NCBI GenBank assembly: GCA_963770125.1
Contig: CAVYPI010000047.1
Location: forward strand, 10,206-74,205
Source of the DNA: an uncultured Actinomycetota bacterium
Lineage (GTDB): Bacteria > Actinomycetota > Actinomycetes > Mycobacteriales > Mycobacteriaceae
Length of the DNA: 64,000 nucleotides
Reading direction: 5' to 3'
A program made the position numbers and the translations under genes. Shown in pieces: positions 10,726 to 21,948 of the stretch (position 1 is its first letter; each line of letters opens with the position of its first letter). The notes beneath the pieces are model-generated. The model saw only the letters and a program-made list of their open reading frames with translations. It had not been told where the DNA came from and did no database searches.

Positions 10726-11124
10726 CTACTTCTTGTAAGGGTTGGGCACCCGGCCCCCGCTGGCCTCGGTCAGCAACGGCAGGGTCGAGAACGTCACCGC
10801 AGGCAGCCTCAGTTCGCTGCCGTCCTTGAGTTGCGCGTACGCCCATGAACCCTTGCCGAAGCGCAGGCCCGCGATGTCGTCCCAGGAGACCGTCTGGCTG
10901 CCCAGAAGCGTGCGCGCGGTCACCGTGTCGCGATCGGCCACCGTGCGGTAGCGGACGATGAACGCCGACAGGACGACCGGAATGACGAGCAGCAGCGCGA
11001 ACGACGACGGCCCGGCGAGCACGAGGGCCAGCAGGCCGAGCGCCAAGAAGCCAACGGCGAAGTGTGCCATCGGCGAGATCCGGATGACGACCGCGGGAGG
11101 CGCCGAGGCGGATGGGGAACTCAC
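10726..11124 (-). CDS. cfp6: Cfp6-like PH-domain membrane protein (Rv3004)
   Basis: MAHFAVGFL...WDDIAGLRF...LRLPAVTFSTLP...GRVPNPY; start codon uncertain. Confidence 0.8.
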   Translation of the reverse strand: MSSPSASAPPAVVIRISPMAHFAVGFLALGLLALVLAGPSSFALLLVIPVVLSAFIVRYRTVADRDTVTARTLLGSQTVSWDDIAGLRFGKGSWAYAQLKDGSELRLPAVTFSTLPLLTEASGGRVPNPYKK

Positions 11125-11175
11125 ACCGCCATCCTCCCATCGCATGTTGGAAGCGCCTGGCTCACAGGTACGAAT

Positions 11176-11205
11176 TTGACCTTTGACCAGTGCGGAGGCT
11201 ACCGT
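11176..11205 (+). promoter_or_regulatory. Putative SigA promoter of the ilv leader
   Basis: TTGACC (11176-11181), 18 nt, TACCGT (11200-11205), 8 nt before the leader ATG. Confidence 0.6.
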
Positions 11206-11213
11206 CGACTGTT

Positions 11214-11285
11214 ATGCAGACCCCGGGATTGCTCGTAGTAATTGGGAAGCGCGTTGATGCCGCGCTTGCCCTCTGCCGGGCATAG
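11214..11285 (+). CDS. ilvB operon leader peptide MQTPGLLVVIGKRVDAALALCRA
   Basis: 23-aa ORF with a run of Leu-Leu-Val-Val-Ile codons ahead of a terminator and ilvB. Confidence 0.8.
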   Translation: MQTPGLLVVIGKRVDAALALCRA

Positions 11286-11305
11286 CAACCAGCACCAACG
11301 CGCGA

Positions 11306-11340
11306 CCCTCGTACAGCGGCCCAGCTGACGGGGGTTTTTT
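11306..11340 (+). terminator. Attenuator terminator of the ilvBNC leader
   Basis: CCCTCGTACAGC-ggccca-GCTGACGGGGG followed by TTTTTT. Confidence 0.8.
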
Positions 11341-11397
11341 CTTGCCCCAACGCCGATTTGAGATCCTAGAGACGACGACGGAGATAAAGAGGACATC

Positions 11398-13275
11398 GTG
11401 AGCGCACCCACCACGCGACCAGCGGAGCAGTCGGCGACTGCACCCAACGGAGGACACGCCGCGCCTGCCGCCGCCAAATCAGCACCGAAAGCCGGTCCCG
11501 CGCAACCGAAACATATTGCGCCGCACCAGCTTACCGGTGCGCAAGCGGTGATCCGGTCACTCGAGGAACTCGACGTCGACGTTATCTTCGGCATCCCCGG
11601 CGGTGCCGTGTTGCCGGTCTACGACCCGCTTTTCGACTCGCAGAAGCTGCGCCACGTCCTGGTCCGTCATGAGCAGGGCGCAGGACATGCCGCCAGTGGA
11701 TACGCGCACGCCACCGGCAGGGTGGGCGTGTGCATGGCCACGTCGGGTCCCGGAGCCACCAACCTGGTCACGCCGCTCGCCGATGCGTACATGGATTCGA
11801 TCCCGATGGTCGCGGTCACGGGCCAGGTCGGCCGCGCGCTGATCGGCACTGATGCGTTCCAGGAAGCCGACATCTCGGGCATCACGATGCCGATCACCAA
11901 GCACAATTTCCTGGTCCGTGACGGCGACGACATCGCGCGGGTGATGGCGGAGGCATTCCACATCGCCGCGTCCGGCCGGCCTGGTCCGGTGCTCGTCGAC
12001 ATCCCGAAGGACGTGCTGCAGGGTCAGTGCACGTTCAGCTGGCCGCCGAAGTTCGAGCTACCCGGTTACAAGCCGAACACCAAGCCGCACCACCGCCAGG
12101 TCCGTGAGGCGGCCAAGCTGATCGCGGCGGCGCGCAAGCCGGTGCTCTACGTCGGCGGCGGGGTGATCCGCGGCGAGGCGACCGAGCCGCTGCTGGACCT
12201 GGCCGAGTTGACCGGCATCCCCGTCGTTACCACGCTGATGGCCCGCGGCGCGTTCCCGGACAGCCATCCGCAGAACATTGGTATGCCCGGCATGCACGGC
12301 ACGGTCGCGGCGGTGGCCGCCTTGCAGCGCAGCGATCTGCTGATCGCGCTGGGCACCCGCTTCGACGACCGCGTGACGGGCAAGCTGGATTCCTTCGCGC
12401 CCGAAGCCAAGGTCATCCACGCCGACATCGACCCGGCCGAGATCGGCAAGAACCGCCACGCCGACGTCCCGATCGTCGGCGACGTCAAGGCCGTGATCAC
12501 CGATCTGATCGAGGCGCTGCGCCGTGAGGGCACCATCGGCTCGATCAAGATCGACAACTGGTGGGAGTACCTGCGCGGCGTGCAGTCGACGTACCCGCTG
12601 AGCTATGGGCCGCAGAGCGACGGCAGCCTGTCACCGGAGTACGTCATCGAAACGCTGGGCAAGATGGCCGGATCCGACGCCGTGTACGTCGCCGGGGTGG
12701 GGCAGCACCAGATGTGGGCCGCCCAGTTCATCAAGTACGAGAACCCGAAGACGTGGCTCAACTCGGGCGGTCTCGGCACCATGGGCTTCGCCGTTCCTGC
12801 GGCGATGGGCGCCAAGTTCGGCAGGCCGGACGCCGAGGTGTGGGCCATCGACGGCGACGGCTGCTTCCAGATGACCAACCAGGAACTGGCCACCTGTGCC
12901 GTCGAGGGCGCGCCGATCAAGGTGGCTATCATCAACAACGGCAACCTGGGCATGGTGAGGCAGTGGCAGACGCTCTTCTACGAAGAGCGGTACAGCCAAA
13001 CGGATCTGGCCACGCATTCGCATCGCATCCCGGACTTCGTCAAGCTGGCGGAGGCGCTGGGCTGCGTCGGATTGCGTTGCGAGCGTGCCGAAGACGTCGA
13101 AGACGTCATCAGGCAGGCGCGTGAGATCAACGACCGCCCAGTCGTGATCGACTTCATCGTCGGCGCCGACGCACAGGTGTGGCCGATGGTCGCCGCAGGC
13201 ACCAGCAACGACGAGATCCAGGCCGCCCGCGGGATCCGCCCGCTGTTCGACGACCCCGAAGAAGGACACGCCTGA
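11398..13275 (+). CDS. ilvB: Acetolactate synthase large subunit
   Basis: [32 protein letters not shown] ThDP-binding motif. Confidence 0.97.
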   Translation: MSAPTTRPAEQSATAPNGGHAAPAAAKSAPKAGPAQPKHIAPHQLTGAQAVIRSLEELDVDVIFGIPGGAVLPVYDPLFDSQKLRHVLVRHEQGAGHAASGYAHATGRVGVCMATSGPGATNLVTPLADAYMDSIPMVAVTGQVGRALIGTDAFQEADISGITMPITKHNFLVRDGDDIARVMAEAFHIAASGRPGPVLVDIPKDVLQGQCTFSWPPKFELPGYKPNTKPHHRQVREAAKLIAAARKPVLYVGGGVIRGEATEPLLDLAELTGIPVVTTLMARGAFPDSHPQNIGMPGMHGTVAAVAALQRSDLLIALGTRFDDRVTGKLDSFAPEAKVIHADIDPAEIGKNRHADVPIVGDVKAVITDLIEALRREGTIGSIKIDNWWEYLRGVQSTYPLSYGPQSDGSLSPEYVIETLGKMAGSDAVYVAGVGQHQMWAAQFIKYENPKTWLNSGGLGTMGFAVPAAMGAKFGRPDAEVWAIDGDGCFQMTNQELATCAVEGAPIKVAIINNGNLGMVRQWQTLFYEERYSQTDLATHSHRIPDFVKLAEALGCVGLRCERAEDVEDVIRQAREINDRPVVIDFIVGADAQVWPMVAAGTSNDEIQAARGIRPLFDDPEEGHA

Positions 13276-13352
13276 TGACCCGAAGACGAGCGCGAGTGAG
13301 GATCGCAGCGAGGGACGAGCGAGGACCGGAGCGAGTGGGAGGCGAGGCATGA
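13275..13352 (+). repeat. MIRU-like intercistronic unit encoding a 25-aa coupled mini-ORF
   Basis: ATG overlaps the ilvB TGA, and its own TGA overlaps the ilvN ATG; peptide [25 protein letters not shown]. Confidence 0.65.
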
Positions 13353-13859
13353 GCACCGTCAACATCGCACACGCTGTCGGTACTCGTCGAGGACAAACCC
13401 GGCGTGCTCGCCCGGGTGGCGTCGCTGTTCTCGCGGCGCGGCTTCAATATTCAGTCGCTGGCGGTCGGCGCGACCGAGCAGAAGGACATGTCGCGGATGA
13501 CGATCGTCGTCAGCGTCGAGGACTCGCCGCTCGAGCAGATCACCAAGCAGTTGAACAAACTTGTCAACGTGATCAAGATCGTCGAACAAGACGTCGACAA
13601 CTCGGTCGAGCGCGAGCTCGCCCTGATCAAGGTGCGTGCCGACGCCACCACCCGCAGTCAGGTCATCGAGGCGGTGAACCTGTTCCGCGCCAAGGTCGTT
13701 GACGTGTCGACGGAGTCGGTGACGATCGAGGCCACCGGCACTCCCAGCAAGCTCGAGGCGCTGCTGCGGGTGCTGGAGCCGTATGGAATCCGTGAGCTCG
13801 TGCAGTCCGGAGTGGTCTCATTGTCGCGCGGTCCGCGCGGCATCGGCACCGTCAAGTAG
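13349..13859 (+). CDS. ilvN: Acetolactate synthase small subunit; indel near 13367 separates the ATG from the main frame
   Basis: HTLSVLVEDKPGVLARVASLFSRRGFNIQSLAVG. Confidence 0.93.
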
Positions 13860-13868
13860 CCCAAATAA

Positions 13869-14906
<1,038 letters not shown>

Positions 14907-14908
14907 TT

Positions 14909-14972
14909 GCGAATTCGGCGCGCTAACCGTTGAGCGTCCTGTGCTGAGCGTCCGTAAGCGCGCCGAAATCGC
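14909..14972. repeat. ~64-nt imperfect palindrome (REP-like) between convergent ilvC and wrbA
   Basis: GCGAATTCGGCGCGCT...AGCGCGCCGAAATCGC arms; internal TGAGCGTCC occurs twice. Confidence 0.7.
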
Positions 14973-14975
14973 TAG

Positions 14976-15575
14976 CTAAGAGGTGAGGCGGTTGGTGGCG
15001 CTGACCACACGGCGGGCCAAATGGTCCAGCGCCGCGTTGGTCGCGTCGTCGAACTCGCTGATGTTGTCGTGGCCCGCGGTGAGGCTGACCCCGTACGGGT
15101 TTCCGTCGACGAACTTCAGTGCATCGGTGTATCCGGGCGGGACGATGATCCCGCCGAAGTGCATCAGCGTGACGTACAGCGTGAGCAGGGTGGTCTCCTG
15201 GCCGCCGTGCGCGGTGTTGGTGGAGGTGAAGGCCGCGTACACCTTGTCGGCGAGCTTGCCCTCCGACCACAGTCCGCCGAGCGAGTCGAGGAAGTCGCGT
15301 AATTGCGAAGCGACCGAACCGAATCGCGTCGGCGACCCGAAGATCACCGCGTCAGCCCAGACGATGTCATCACCGGTCGCGTGCGGCAGGTCCTTGGTGG
15401 CTTCGTAGTTCGCCGTCCACGCTGGATTGTGCGCGAACGATGCCGGGTCGCGGGTTTCGGCGACCGGGCGGACGCGCACCTCGGCTCCCGCTGCCTCGGC
15501 CGACGCAGCGATGCGTTGCGCCATCGTGGTGCCGTGCCCGGTGGCCGAGTAGTAGATGATTGCCAACTTCGTCAC
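14976..15575 (-). CDS. wrbA: NAD(P)H:quinone oxidoreductase, WrbA flavodoxin-like
   Basis: IIYYSATGHG, GSPTRFGSV, HGGQETTL, GNPYG. Confidence 0.88.
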   Translation of the reverse strand: MTKLAIIYYSATGHGTTMAQRIAASAEAAGAEVRVRPVAETRDPASFAHNPAWTANYEATKDLPHATGDDIVWADAVIFGSPTRFGSVASQLRDFLDSLGGLWSEGKLADKVYAAFTSTNTAHGGQETTLLTLYVTLMHFGGIIVPPGYTDALKFVDGNPYGVSLTAGHDNISEFDDATNAALDHLARRVVSATNRLTS

Positions 15576-15776
15576 GGCGCCAGCATAGGCATCCCGCCTG
15601 ATCAACAACCCGTCGGGCAAGCAGTATCGATGTAGGCGGTGCTGACGCGGCCTGCGGCCGACACCGTTCCGGTGCTCGCGCGGCGTACCGTGAGTGCGTC
15701 GCCGGGCTCTTGGCGTTACACACCAACGGTAAGAACGAAGGCCTGGTTATCTGTGAACGCACGGTGACCGATCTGC

Positions 15777-17207
15777 TCATGGCGTCAGCTGAGGCAGCTT
15801 CTTGATGCCGAACTCGCGTCGCAGCACCGTGCGCGCGGCGTAGTAACCGGACATGCCATGCACGCCGCCGCCGGGGGGCGTCGCCGACGAGCACAGGTAC
15901 ACCTTGGGAATCGGCGTGCTCCATGGGTTGAGCCGCGGCGTCGGCCCGGCAAGCGCGTGAAGCAGCGTGTTGCCACCAACGCCGATGTCGCCGCCGACGA
16001 GGTTGGCGTTGTGGTCGGACAGCCGCGCCGCGGGTACCGACCGGGCCGCCACCACGACATCGCGGAAGCCTGGCGCGAAACGCTCGAAAATCCCAGTGAC
16101 GGTTTCGCTCTGGTCGATGGGTGAGTCCGACGGCACATGCGCATACGTCCACAGCGGGCGCCGGCCCTGCGCGTCGACGCGGCTCGGGTCGGCCAGGTGC
16201 GGCAGGGCGGCGAGCACCATCGGCCATTCCGGGTGCCTGCCGTCGGCGACCTCCCGCTCGGCGTGCGCCATCTGCTCGCGGGTTCCGCCCATGTGCAGGG
16301 TCGGCGCATCAGCCAGCCGTGGGTCCGTCCATGGAATCTCCTCCGACAGCACAAAGTCGACCTTCGCGACGCCGGGTCCGAAGCGGTAGCGCTGCAATGC
16401 CTTTGCATATCGCGCTGGCAATCGGTCACGGTAGATGGACAGCAGCGCGGTGGGTGCGGTGTCGAAAAGCACGACACCCGACGGAGGTTTGGTGATCTTT
16501 TCGCCGGACATCAGCGTGCCGCCGTGTGCACGAAGGTCCGCGATGAGCGCGTCGGGGATGGCTTGACTACCGCCGACGGGTATCGGCCAGCCGACGGTGT
16601 GTGCCAGCGTAGCCAACATCAGCCCCGCACCGGCGGACACCAGCGACGGCATCTGCGAAATCGTGTGTGCGGCAACACCGGTGAACAACGCGCGGGCGTC
16701 GACGCCATCCAACGCCCGCCAGGCCGGCGTGCCCTGCTCGAGGATCCGCCGCGCCACTTGGACGGCGGCGATCGGATCGGTCGGAATCGAACGCTTGTCG
16801 CCGAGCAACAGTTTGAGCACGGCGTCGTCGCGTTCAACAAGCGGGCCCAGCAGATGACGCCACGACTCGCCGTCGGTCAACTCTGCGCAGGTGCGGTTGA
16901 TGTCGTGGTAGCCCACGGCGGTGGGCCGGCCCGGCAACGGATTCGCATAGGAAACCTCTGGCGCCTTCAGCGTGACGCCGCGGGCGGGCAGATCGAACTC
17001 CGCGAGAAACGGAGACGCCAGCCCGAGGGGGTGGACGGCCGAACAGATGTCGTGCGCCACCCCGGGGAATTCGGGATCGGCCAGGGTGCGGGCACCGCCG
17101 CCCAAGGTTGGTTGCGCCTCGAACACCTGCACCGAAAGACCGGCCCTGGCGCATATCACGGCGGCCGCCAAGCCGTTGGGTCCACTACCGACGACGGTGA
17201 CGTCCAC
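15777..17207 (-). CDS. FAD-dependent oxidoreductase, phytoene desaturase-like (Rv2997-like)
   Basis: VDVTVVGSGPNGLAAA, HDICSAVHP, LCSSATPPGGGVHGMSG. Confidence 0.9.
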   Translation of the reverse strand: MDVTVVGSGPNGLAAAVICARAGLSVQVFEAQPTLGGGARTLADPEFPGVAHDICSAVHPLGLASPFLAEFDLPARGVTLKAPEVSYANPLPGRPTAVGYHDINRTCAELTDGESWRHLLGPLVERDDAVLKLLLGDKRSIPTDPIAAVQVARRILEQGTPAWRALDGVDARALFTGVAAHTISQMPSLVSAGAGLMLATLAHTVGWPIPVGGSQAIPDALIADLRAHGGTLMSGEKITKPPSGVVLFDTAPTALLSIYRDRLPARYAKALQRYRFGPGVAKVDFVLSEEIPWTDPRLADAPTLHMGGTREQMAHAEREVADGRHPEWPMVLAALPHLADPSRVDAQGRRPLWTYAHVPSDSPIDQSETVTGIFERFAPGFRDVVVAARSVPAARLSDHNANLVGGDIGVGGNTLLHALAGPTPRLNPWSTPIPKVYLCSSATPPGGGVHGMSGYYAARTVLRREFGIKKLPQLTP

Positions 17208-17237
17208 CTCCCAATTCAAGCCCATTAGGCTGGCCGG

Positions 17238-18824
17238 GTGAGTCTTCCCGTTGTACTGATCGCCGACAAACTGGCCGAGTCGACCGTCGCCGCCCTCGGT
17301 GACCACGTAGAAGTCCGCTGGGTCGACGGCCCCGACCGAGAGAAGCTGCTGGCCGCCGTGCCGGAGGCCGACGCGCTGCTGGTGCGCTCGGCGACCACCG
17401 TCGACGCCGAGGTGCTGGGCGCCGCGCCCAAGCTCAAGATCGTCGCCCGTGCGGGCGTGGGCCTGGACAACGTCGACGTCGACGCTGCCACCGCCCGTGG
17501 CGTGCTGGTCGTCAACGCGCCCACATCCAACATCCACAGTGCCGCCGAGCACGCGCTGGCGCTGCTGCTGGCCGCTGCCCGTGAGATCCCCGCCGCGGAT
17601 GCGTCGCTGCGCGAGCACACGTGGAAGCGGTCGAAGTTCTCCGGCACCGAGATCTACGGCAAGACCGTCGGCGTCGTGGGGCTCGGCCGCATCGGCCAGC
17701 TGGTAGCACAGCGACTGGCCGCGTTCGGCACCCACGTCGTCGCGTATGACCCGTATGTGTCGCCGGCGCGCGCCGCGCAGCTCGGCATCGAGCTGCTGAC
17801 CCTCGATGACCTGCTGACGCGCGCCGACTTCATATCTGTGCACCTCCCGAAGACCCCGGAGACCGCCGGGTTGATCGGCAAGGAGGCGCTGGCCAAGACG
17901 AAGCCGGGCGTGATCATCGTCAATGCCGCTCGCGGTGGGCTCGTCGACGAGGAGGCATTGGCGGAGGCGGTCAGGTCAGGCCATGTCCGGGCCGCGGGCA
18001 TCGACGTGTTCGCCAAGGAGCCGACTACCGACAGCCCGCTGTTCGACCTGCCGCAGGTCGTCGTCACACCGCACCTCGGCGCGTCAACCGACGAGGCGCA
18101 GGACCGTGCAGGCACGGACGTGGCCGAGAGCGTGAAGCTTGCGCTGGCAGGTGAATTCGTGCCCGACGCCGTCAACGTGGGTGGTGGTGTCGTCGGCGAG
18201 GAAGTGGCGCCGTGGCTCGATCTGGTTCGCAAACTCGGTGTGCTCGTCGGTGTGCTGTCCAGCGAGCTGCCCGTGTCGTTGGCTGTCCAGGTGCGCGGCG
18301 AACTCGCCTCGGAAGACGTTGAGGTGCTGCGGCTTTCGGCGCTGCGCGGGCTGTTCTCCGCCGTCATCGAAGATCCGGTGACGTTTGTCAACGCACCGGC
18401 GCTGGCCGCGGAACGCGGCGTGCAGGCCGATATCAGCACGGCCACCGAGAGTCCCAATCACCGCAGCGTCGTCGATGTGCGGGCGGTGTACTCCGACGGT
18501 TCGGTGAGCAACGTCGCCGGCGCATTGTCGGGGCCGCAGCAGGTCGAGAAGATCGTCCAGATCAACGGCCGCAACTTCGATCTGCGCGCCGAGGGCGTGT
18601 ATCTGATCGTCAACTACATTGACCAGCCGGGAACGCTCGGCAAGATCGGCACCCTCCTCGGTGCCGCCGACATCAACATCCACGCGGCACAGCTCAGCGA
18701 GGACGCCGAAGGGCCCGGCGCAACGATCCTGCTGCGTATCAACCGCGACGTGGCGGCCGATGTCCGCGCGGCTATCGCCGAGGCTGTCGGCGCCAAACTG
18801 CTGGAAGTGGTGGACCTCTCATGA
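17238..18824 (+). CDS. serA: D-3-phosphoglycerate dehydrogenase
   Basis: [25 protein letters not shown]-terminal ACT domain. Confidence 0.97.
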   Translation: MSLPVVLIADKLAESTVAALGDHVEVRWVDGPDREKLLAAVPEADALLVRSATTVDAEVLGAAPKLKIVARAGVGLDNVDVDAATARGVLVVNAPTSNIHSAAEHALALLLAAAREIPAADASLREHTWKRSKFSGTEIYGKTVGVVGLGRIGQLVAQRLAAFGTHVVAYDPYVSPARAAQLGIELLTLDDLLTRADFISVHLPKTPETAGLIGKEALAKTKPGVIIVNAARGGLVDEEALAEAVRSGHVRAAGIDVFAKEPTTDSPLFDLPQVVVTPHLGASTDEAQDRAGTDVAESVKLALAGEFVPDAVNVGGGVVGEEVAPWLDLVRKLGVLVGVLSSELPVSLAVQVRGELASEDVEVLRLSALRGLFSAVIEDPVTFVNAPALAAERGVQADISTATESPNHRSVVDVRAVYSDGSVSNVAGALSGPQQVEKIVQINGRNFDLRAEGVYLIVNYIDQPGTLGKIGTLLGAADINIHAAQLSEDAEGPGATILLRINRDVAADVRAAIAEAVGAKLLEVVDLS

Positions 18825-19831
18825 GATTGGCGATCATTGCCGGCGACGGCATCGGCCCCGAAGTGGTCGGTGAGGCCGTCAAGGTGCTCGACGCGGTTGT
18901 GCCCGGCGTCGAGAAGACAAGCTATGACCTCGGAGCGCGTCGGTACCACGCGACCGGCGAGGTGCTGCCCGACTCGGTGCTCGACGAGCTGCGCGGCCAG
19001 GATGCGATCCTGCTCGGCGCGATCGGCGACCCGTCGGTGCCCAGCGGTGTGCTGGAACGTGGCCTGCTGCTGCGCATCCGGTTCGCGCTTGACCACCACG
19101 TCAATCTGCGCCCCTCCCGGCTGTATCCGGGGGTCAAGGGCCCGCTGGCGGGCAACCCCGAGATCGACTTCGTCGTCGTCCGCGAGGGCACCGAGGGCCC
19201 GTACACCGGAACGGGCGGAGCGATTCGGGTGGGCACGCCCAACGAGATCGCCACCGAGGTCAGCGTCAACACGGCCTTCGGTGTGCGGCGTGTGGTGCAC
19301 GACGCGTTCCGCCGGGCGCAGCAGCGCCGCAAGCATCTCACGCTGGTGCACAAGAACAACGTGCTGACGTTCGCAGGCGATCTGTGGTGGCGCACTGTGC
19401 AGGAGATCGCCACCGACTATCCGGACGTCGAAATCGCGTATCAGCATGTGGATGCGGCGACGATCCACCTCGTCACCGATCCGGGCCGGTTCGACGTGAT
19501 CGTCTCCGACAACCTGTTCGGCGATATCATCACCGATCTTGCGGCGGCGGTGTGCGGCGGCATCGGCTTGGCCGCCAGCGGCAATATCGATGCGACGCGG
19601 ACGAATCCGTCGATGTTCGAGCCGGTGCACGGCAGCGCACCGGACATCGCGGGTCAGGGCATCGCGGACCCGACCGCGGCGATCATGTCGGTGGCGCTGC
19701 TCTTGTCTCACGTCGGTGAGGACGACGCGGCGGCACGCGTCGACAAGGCCGTCGAGCAACACCTGGCCACCCGCGGCGACGAGAAGCTCTCCACCACGCA
19801 GGTCGGCGACAGGATCGCAGCGAGCCTCTAA
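18821..19831 (+). CDS. leuB: 3-isopropylmalate dehydrogenase
   Basis: [31 protein letters not shown]. Confidence 0.96.
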   Translation: MRLAIIAGDGIGPEVVGEAVKVLDAVVPGVEKTSYDLGARRYHATGEVLPDSVLDELRGQDAILLGAIGDPSVPSGVLERGLLLRIRFALDHHVNLRPSRLYPGVKGPLAGNPEIDFVVVREGTEGPYTGTGGAIRVGTPNEIATEVSVNTAFGVRRVVHDAFRRAQQRRKHLTLVHKNNVLTFAGDLWWRTVQEIATDYPDVEIAYQHVDAATIHLVTDPGRFDVIVSDNLFGDIITDLAAAVCGGIGLAASGNIDATRTNPSMFEPVHGSAPDIAGQGIADPTAAIMSVALLLSHVGEDDAAARVDKAVEQHLATRGDEKLSTTQVGDRIAASL

Positions 19832-20151
19832 CGCTCGTGCACCGATTCCACGGTGTACAGGTGCGGGTCGAAGCTGATCGCCAGCGCCGCCGCCTCGGCC
19901 ATGTGCTCTTGCGCCGTCGGGTCGGCCAGCATCGCGCGGTAAGCCTCTGCGCTGTCCCATTGTGCGTAATTGACGACCCGGGTTCCGTCAGTGCTCACGT
20001 GGATGTTGGCCGACCGGAAACCGGGCCGGTGTCGCATCACCTCCTCGGTGGCGGTGTGTAACAGCGCAGCCAGTTCCGCGGCCCGATCGGGCTCGACGGT
20101 GAAGACGTTGATCAAGGTGGCGTATCCGCTGTTCTGCTTGATGGTCGTCAT
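19828..20151 (-). CDS. Antibiotic biosynthesis monooxygenase (ABM) family protein
   Basis: [10 protein letters not shown]...[23 protein letters not shown]; AAGGAGG RBS. Confidence 0.85.
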   Translation of the reverse strand: MTTIKQNSGYATLINVFTVEPDRAAELAALLHTATEEVMRHRPGFRSANIHVSTDGTRVVNYAQWDSAEAYRAMLADPTAQEHMAEAAALAISFDPHLYTVESVHER

Positions 20152-20162
20152 CTCTACCTCCT

Positions 20163-20212
20163 TGTCAGGTTCCTTACATGACCACCGTAGCATTAATGTA
20201 AGGTTCCTGCCA
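20163..20212. promoter_or_regulatory. Two candidate MarR operator boxes
   Basis: TGTCAGG-TT-CCTTACA (20163-20178) and TGTAAGG-TT-CCTGCCA (20197-20212). Confidence 0.7.
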
Positions 20213-20646
20213 TGGGTGAATCGGAGACGGAACGCGCGGTCGGCTATCTGGTCAAGCGTGTGCAGCAGTCGCTGCGACGGCGAAGCGACGCCGCATTACG
20301 GTCGACAGGTGTGTCGATGGCGCAGTACGCCGTTCTCCGCGCCCTCGCCGACCATCCGGACGCGTCGGCATCGGAACTGTCGAGGCTCTGCTTCGTGACC
20401 CGGCAGTCGCTGCAGGATGTGCTGTCCGGCCTGCGATCCTCCGGCCTCGTTTCGGAATCCGATCGACCAGCGCGGGGGCGTGCCCGCGCCTTGGAGTTGA
20501 CGACCTCAGGTGCCAAGCGGTTGGCGGCAGCCCACGCCGCGGTGATGGGCGTCGAGTCAACGATGACCGACGGCATGTCCCCGAGCACGCGGCGTCAACT
20601 CGTCGCGGCGCTCACCCGGTGCGCCGAAAACCTCGAAACCGCATGA
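20212..20646 (+). CDS. MarR family transcriptional regulator
   Basis: GVSMAQYAVLRAL, SASELSRLCFVTRQSLQDVLSGL, GRARALELT. Confidence 0.9.
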   Translation: MGESETERAVGYLVKRVQQSLRRRSDAALRSTGVSMAQYAVLRALADHPDASASELSRLCFVTRQSLQDVLSGLRSSGLVSESDRPARGRARALELTTSGAKRLAAAHAAVMGVESTMTDGMSPSTRRQLVAALTRCAENLETA

Positions 20647-20715
20647 CGGTCAGCGTCATCGGCGGGCCCTCACAGCTGTCGTTACCCGTTATCACCTGGG
20701 GGCTGACGGGCTTGC

Positions 20716-21348
20716 TCATCGTGATATCCAGCCGACGCTCGAGTCCGGCTTTCGCGCGGCGTCGACGAGCGCACGAATCGCCCAGCGCCGAACCTTGCGA
20801 GCGTCGGTTTCGTCTAGCTGCAACACGTCCTTCAGGACGATCATGGATTCGGTCCCGATGATGAGCGCGAGCGACTTCGTCAGTGTCTTGAGCGCGGACG
20901 GCGTGAATTGATGGCGGCCCGGCGCCAATGCGGCCTCGATCAATGCGGTTCGGCGGTTCTGCCGGGCCGGAAGGTGGCGGTGCGTTTCGCCGTTGACACC
21001 GCGCTGCACCGACGACGCCAACATCAACCGCAGCGGCAGTTCGTTGGCGGAAATAATGTCGTGCAGCGCCGCGTCGACACGCTCCAGCCGTTCGACGGGA
21101 TCGTCCGGCGAAGCGTCGCCGAAGATGTCCTCAGGGCCCGGCACGACGTCTTCGATCGGCGCCTCGATCAGCACGGCTTCGATGCTGGGGAAATAGCGGT
21201 ATGCGGTGGCCCGAGATACCAGGGCTTCCTCGGCAATCTCGTCGAGCGTGGGCCTGCGGCCCTGCTTCATCAGCCGAGATGCCGCCTCCAGCAAGTCTTT
21301 TCGGGTGCGGGTGCGCTGATTCGGCCGTCCGGCGTCTGTGGCGACCAT
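20716..21348 (-). CDS. TetR/AcrR family transcriptional regulator
   Basis: PTLDEIAEEALVSRATAYRYFPS helix-turn-helix. Confidence 0.92.
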   Translation of the reverse strand: MVATDAGRPNQRTRTRKDLLEAASRLMKQGRRPTLDEIAEEALVSRATAYRYFPSIEAVLIEAPIEDVVPGPEDIFGDASPDDPVERLERVDAALHDIISANELPLRLMLASSVQRGVNGETHRHLPARQNRRTALIEAALAPGRHQFTPSALKTLTKSLALIIGTESMIVLKDVLQLDETDARKVRRWAIRALVDAARKPDSSVGWISR

Positions 21349-21351
21349 AGC

Positions 21352-21774
21352 TCAGTCCTGCGGTAGCTGTTGCAGGATGGAAGCGAAGTCGATCCACACG
21401 TTCTCGCGCGCGATGTCGCCGTTGTCGGCGAATTGGACGATATGCAACAACCGGAACTCTAGGGGACGGTTCCCGCCCTCGAGCCCGAACGGTCTGCCTG
21501 GTGCGCGGCCGCGCCAGAGCGACTCGTCGACGAGAAAATCCTCGCCATACAGTCTGCGGATCTTCTCGACGTTGCTTTCGGATAGATCCGCAAACAGCCC
21601 AATGTAGAACGCGCGCGCACCTTCCCGTCCGCGAGTTGGTCCGAGCGGTGAGCCGACGATGTCGTGCTCGGCATCGGGCGCAAGCGTGGCCAACACACCT
21701 TCGACATCGTCTCGGGCTTCGAAATCGAAGTGCTCGTCGATCTTCTTGTCCATCTCGGCGCGGGTGAGTGCCAT
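21352..21774 (-). CDS. SnoaL-like/ester cyclase (NTF2-like) protein
   Basis: EHFDFEARDDVEGVLATL, GREGARAFY, IARENVWID. Confidence 0.82.
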   Translation of the reverse strand: MALTRAEMDKKIDEHFDFEARDDVEGVLATLAPDAEHDIVGSPLGPTRGREGARAFYIGLFADLSESNVEKIRRLYGEDFLVDESLWRGRAPGRPFGLEGGNRPLEFRLLHIVQFADNGDIARENVWIDFASILQQLPQD

Positions 21775-21813
21775 TGTGTCGGTTCCTCGGCTCAAGCAGG
21801 GTGGGACGATTGA

Positions 21814-21842
21814 AGCGTAATGAGACGGATGTCGCATGTCAA
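21814..21842 (-). promoter_or_regulatory. SigA-type promoter with a palindromic operator in the spacer
   Basis: Minus strand TTGACA, 17 nt, TACGCT; ATGAGAC-ggat-GTCGCAT at 21820-21837. Confidence 0.7.
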
Positions 21843-21948
21843 TACTTAAGTCTTGTAGTGAGTGCAGAGTCGCATCATAGGACGAGCGTCGACCGCGAGG
21901 ACCGTTCGCCGTGGGCTCGATCGCCGGCGACGATACCGTGAGACGGCA

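Noticed and set aside
15621-15776. Unassigned ~150 nt between wrbA and the Rv2997-like gene as an sRNA or gene remnant
   Set aside because: No recognisable structure, RBS or protein motif
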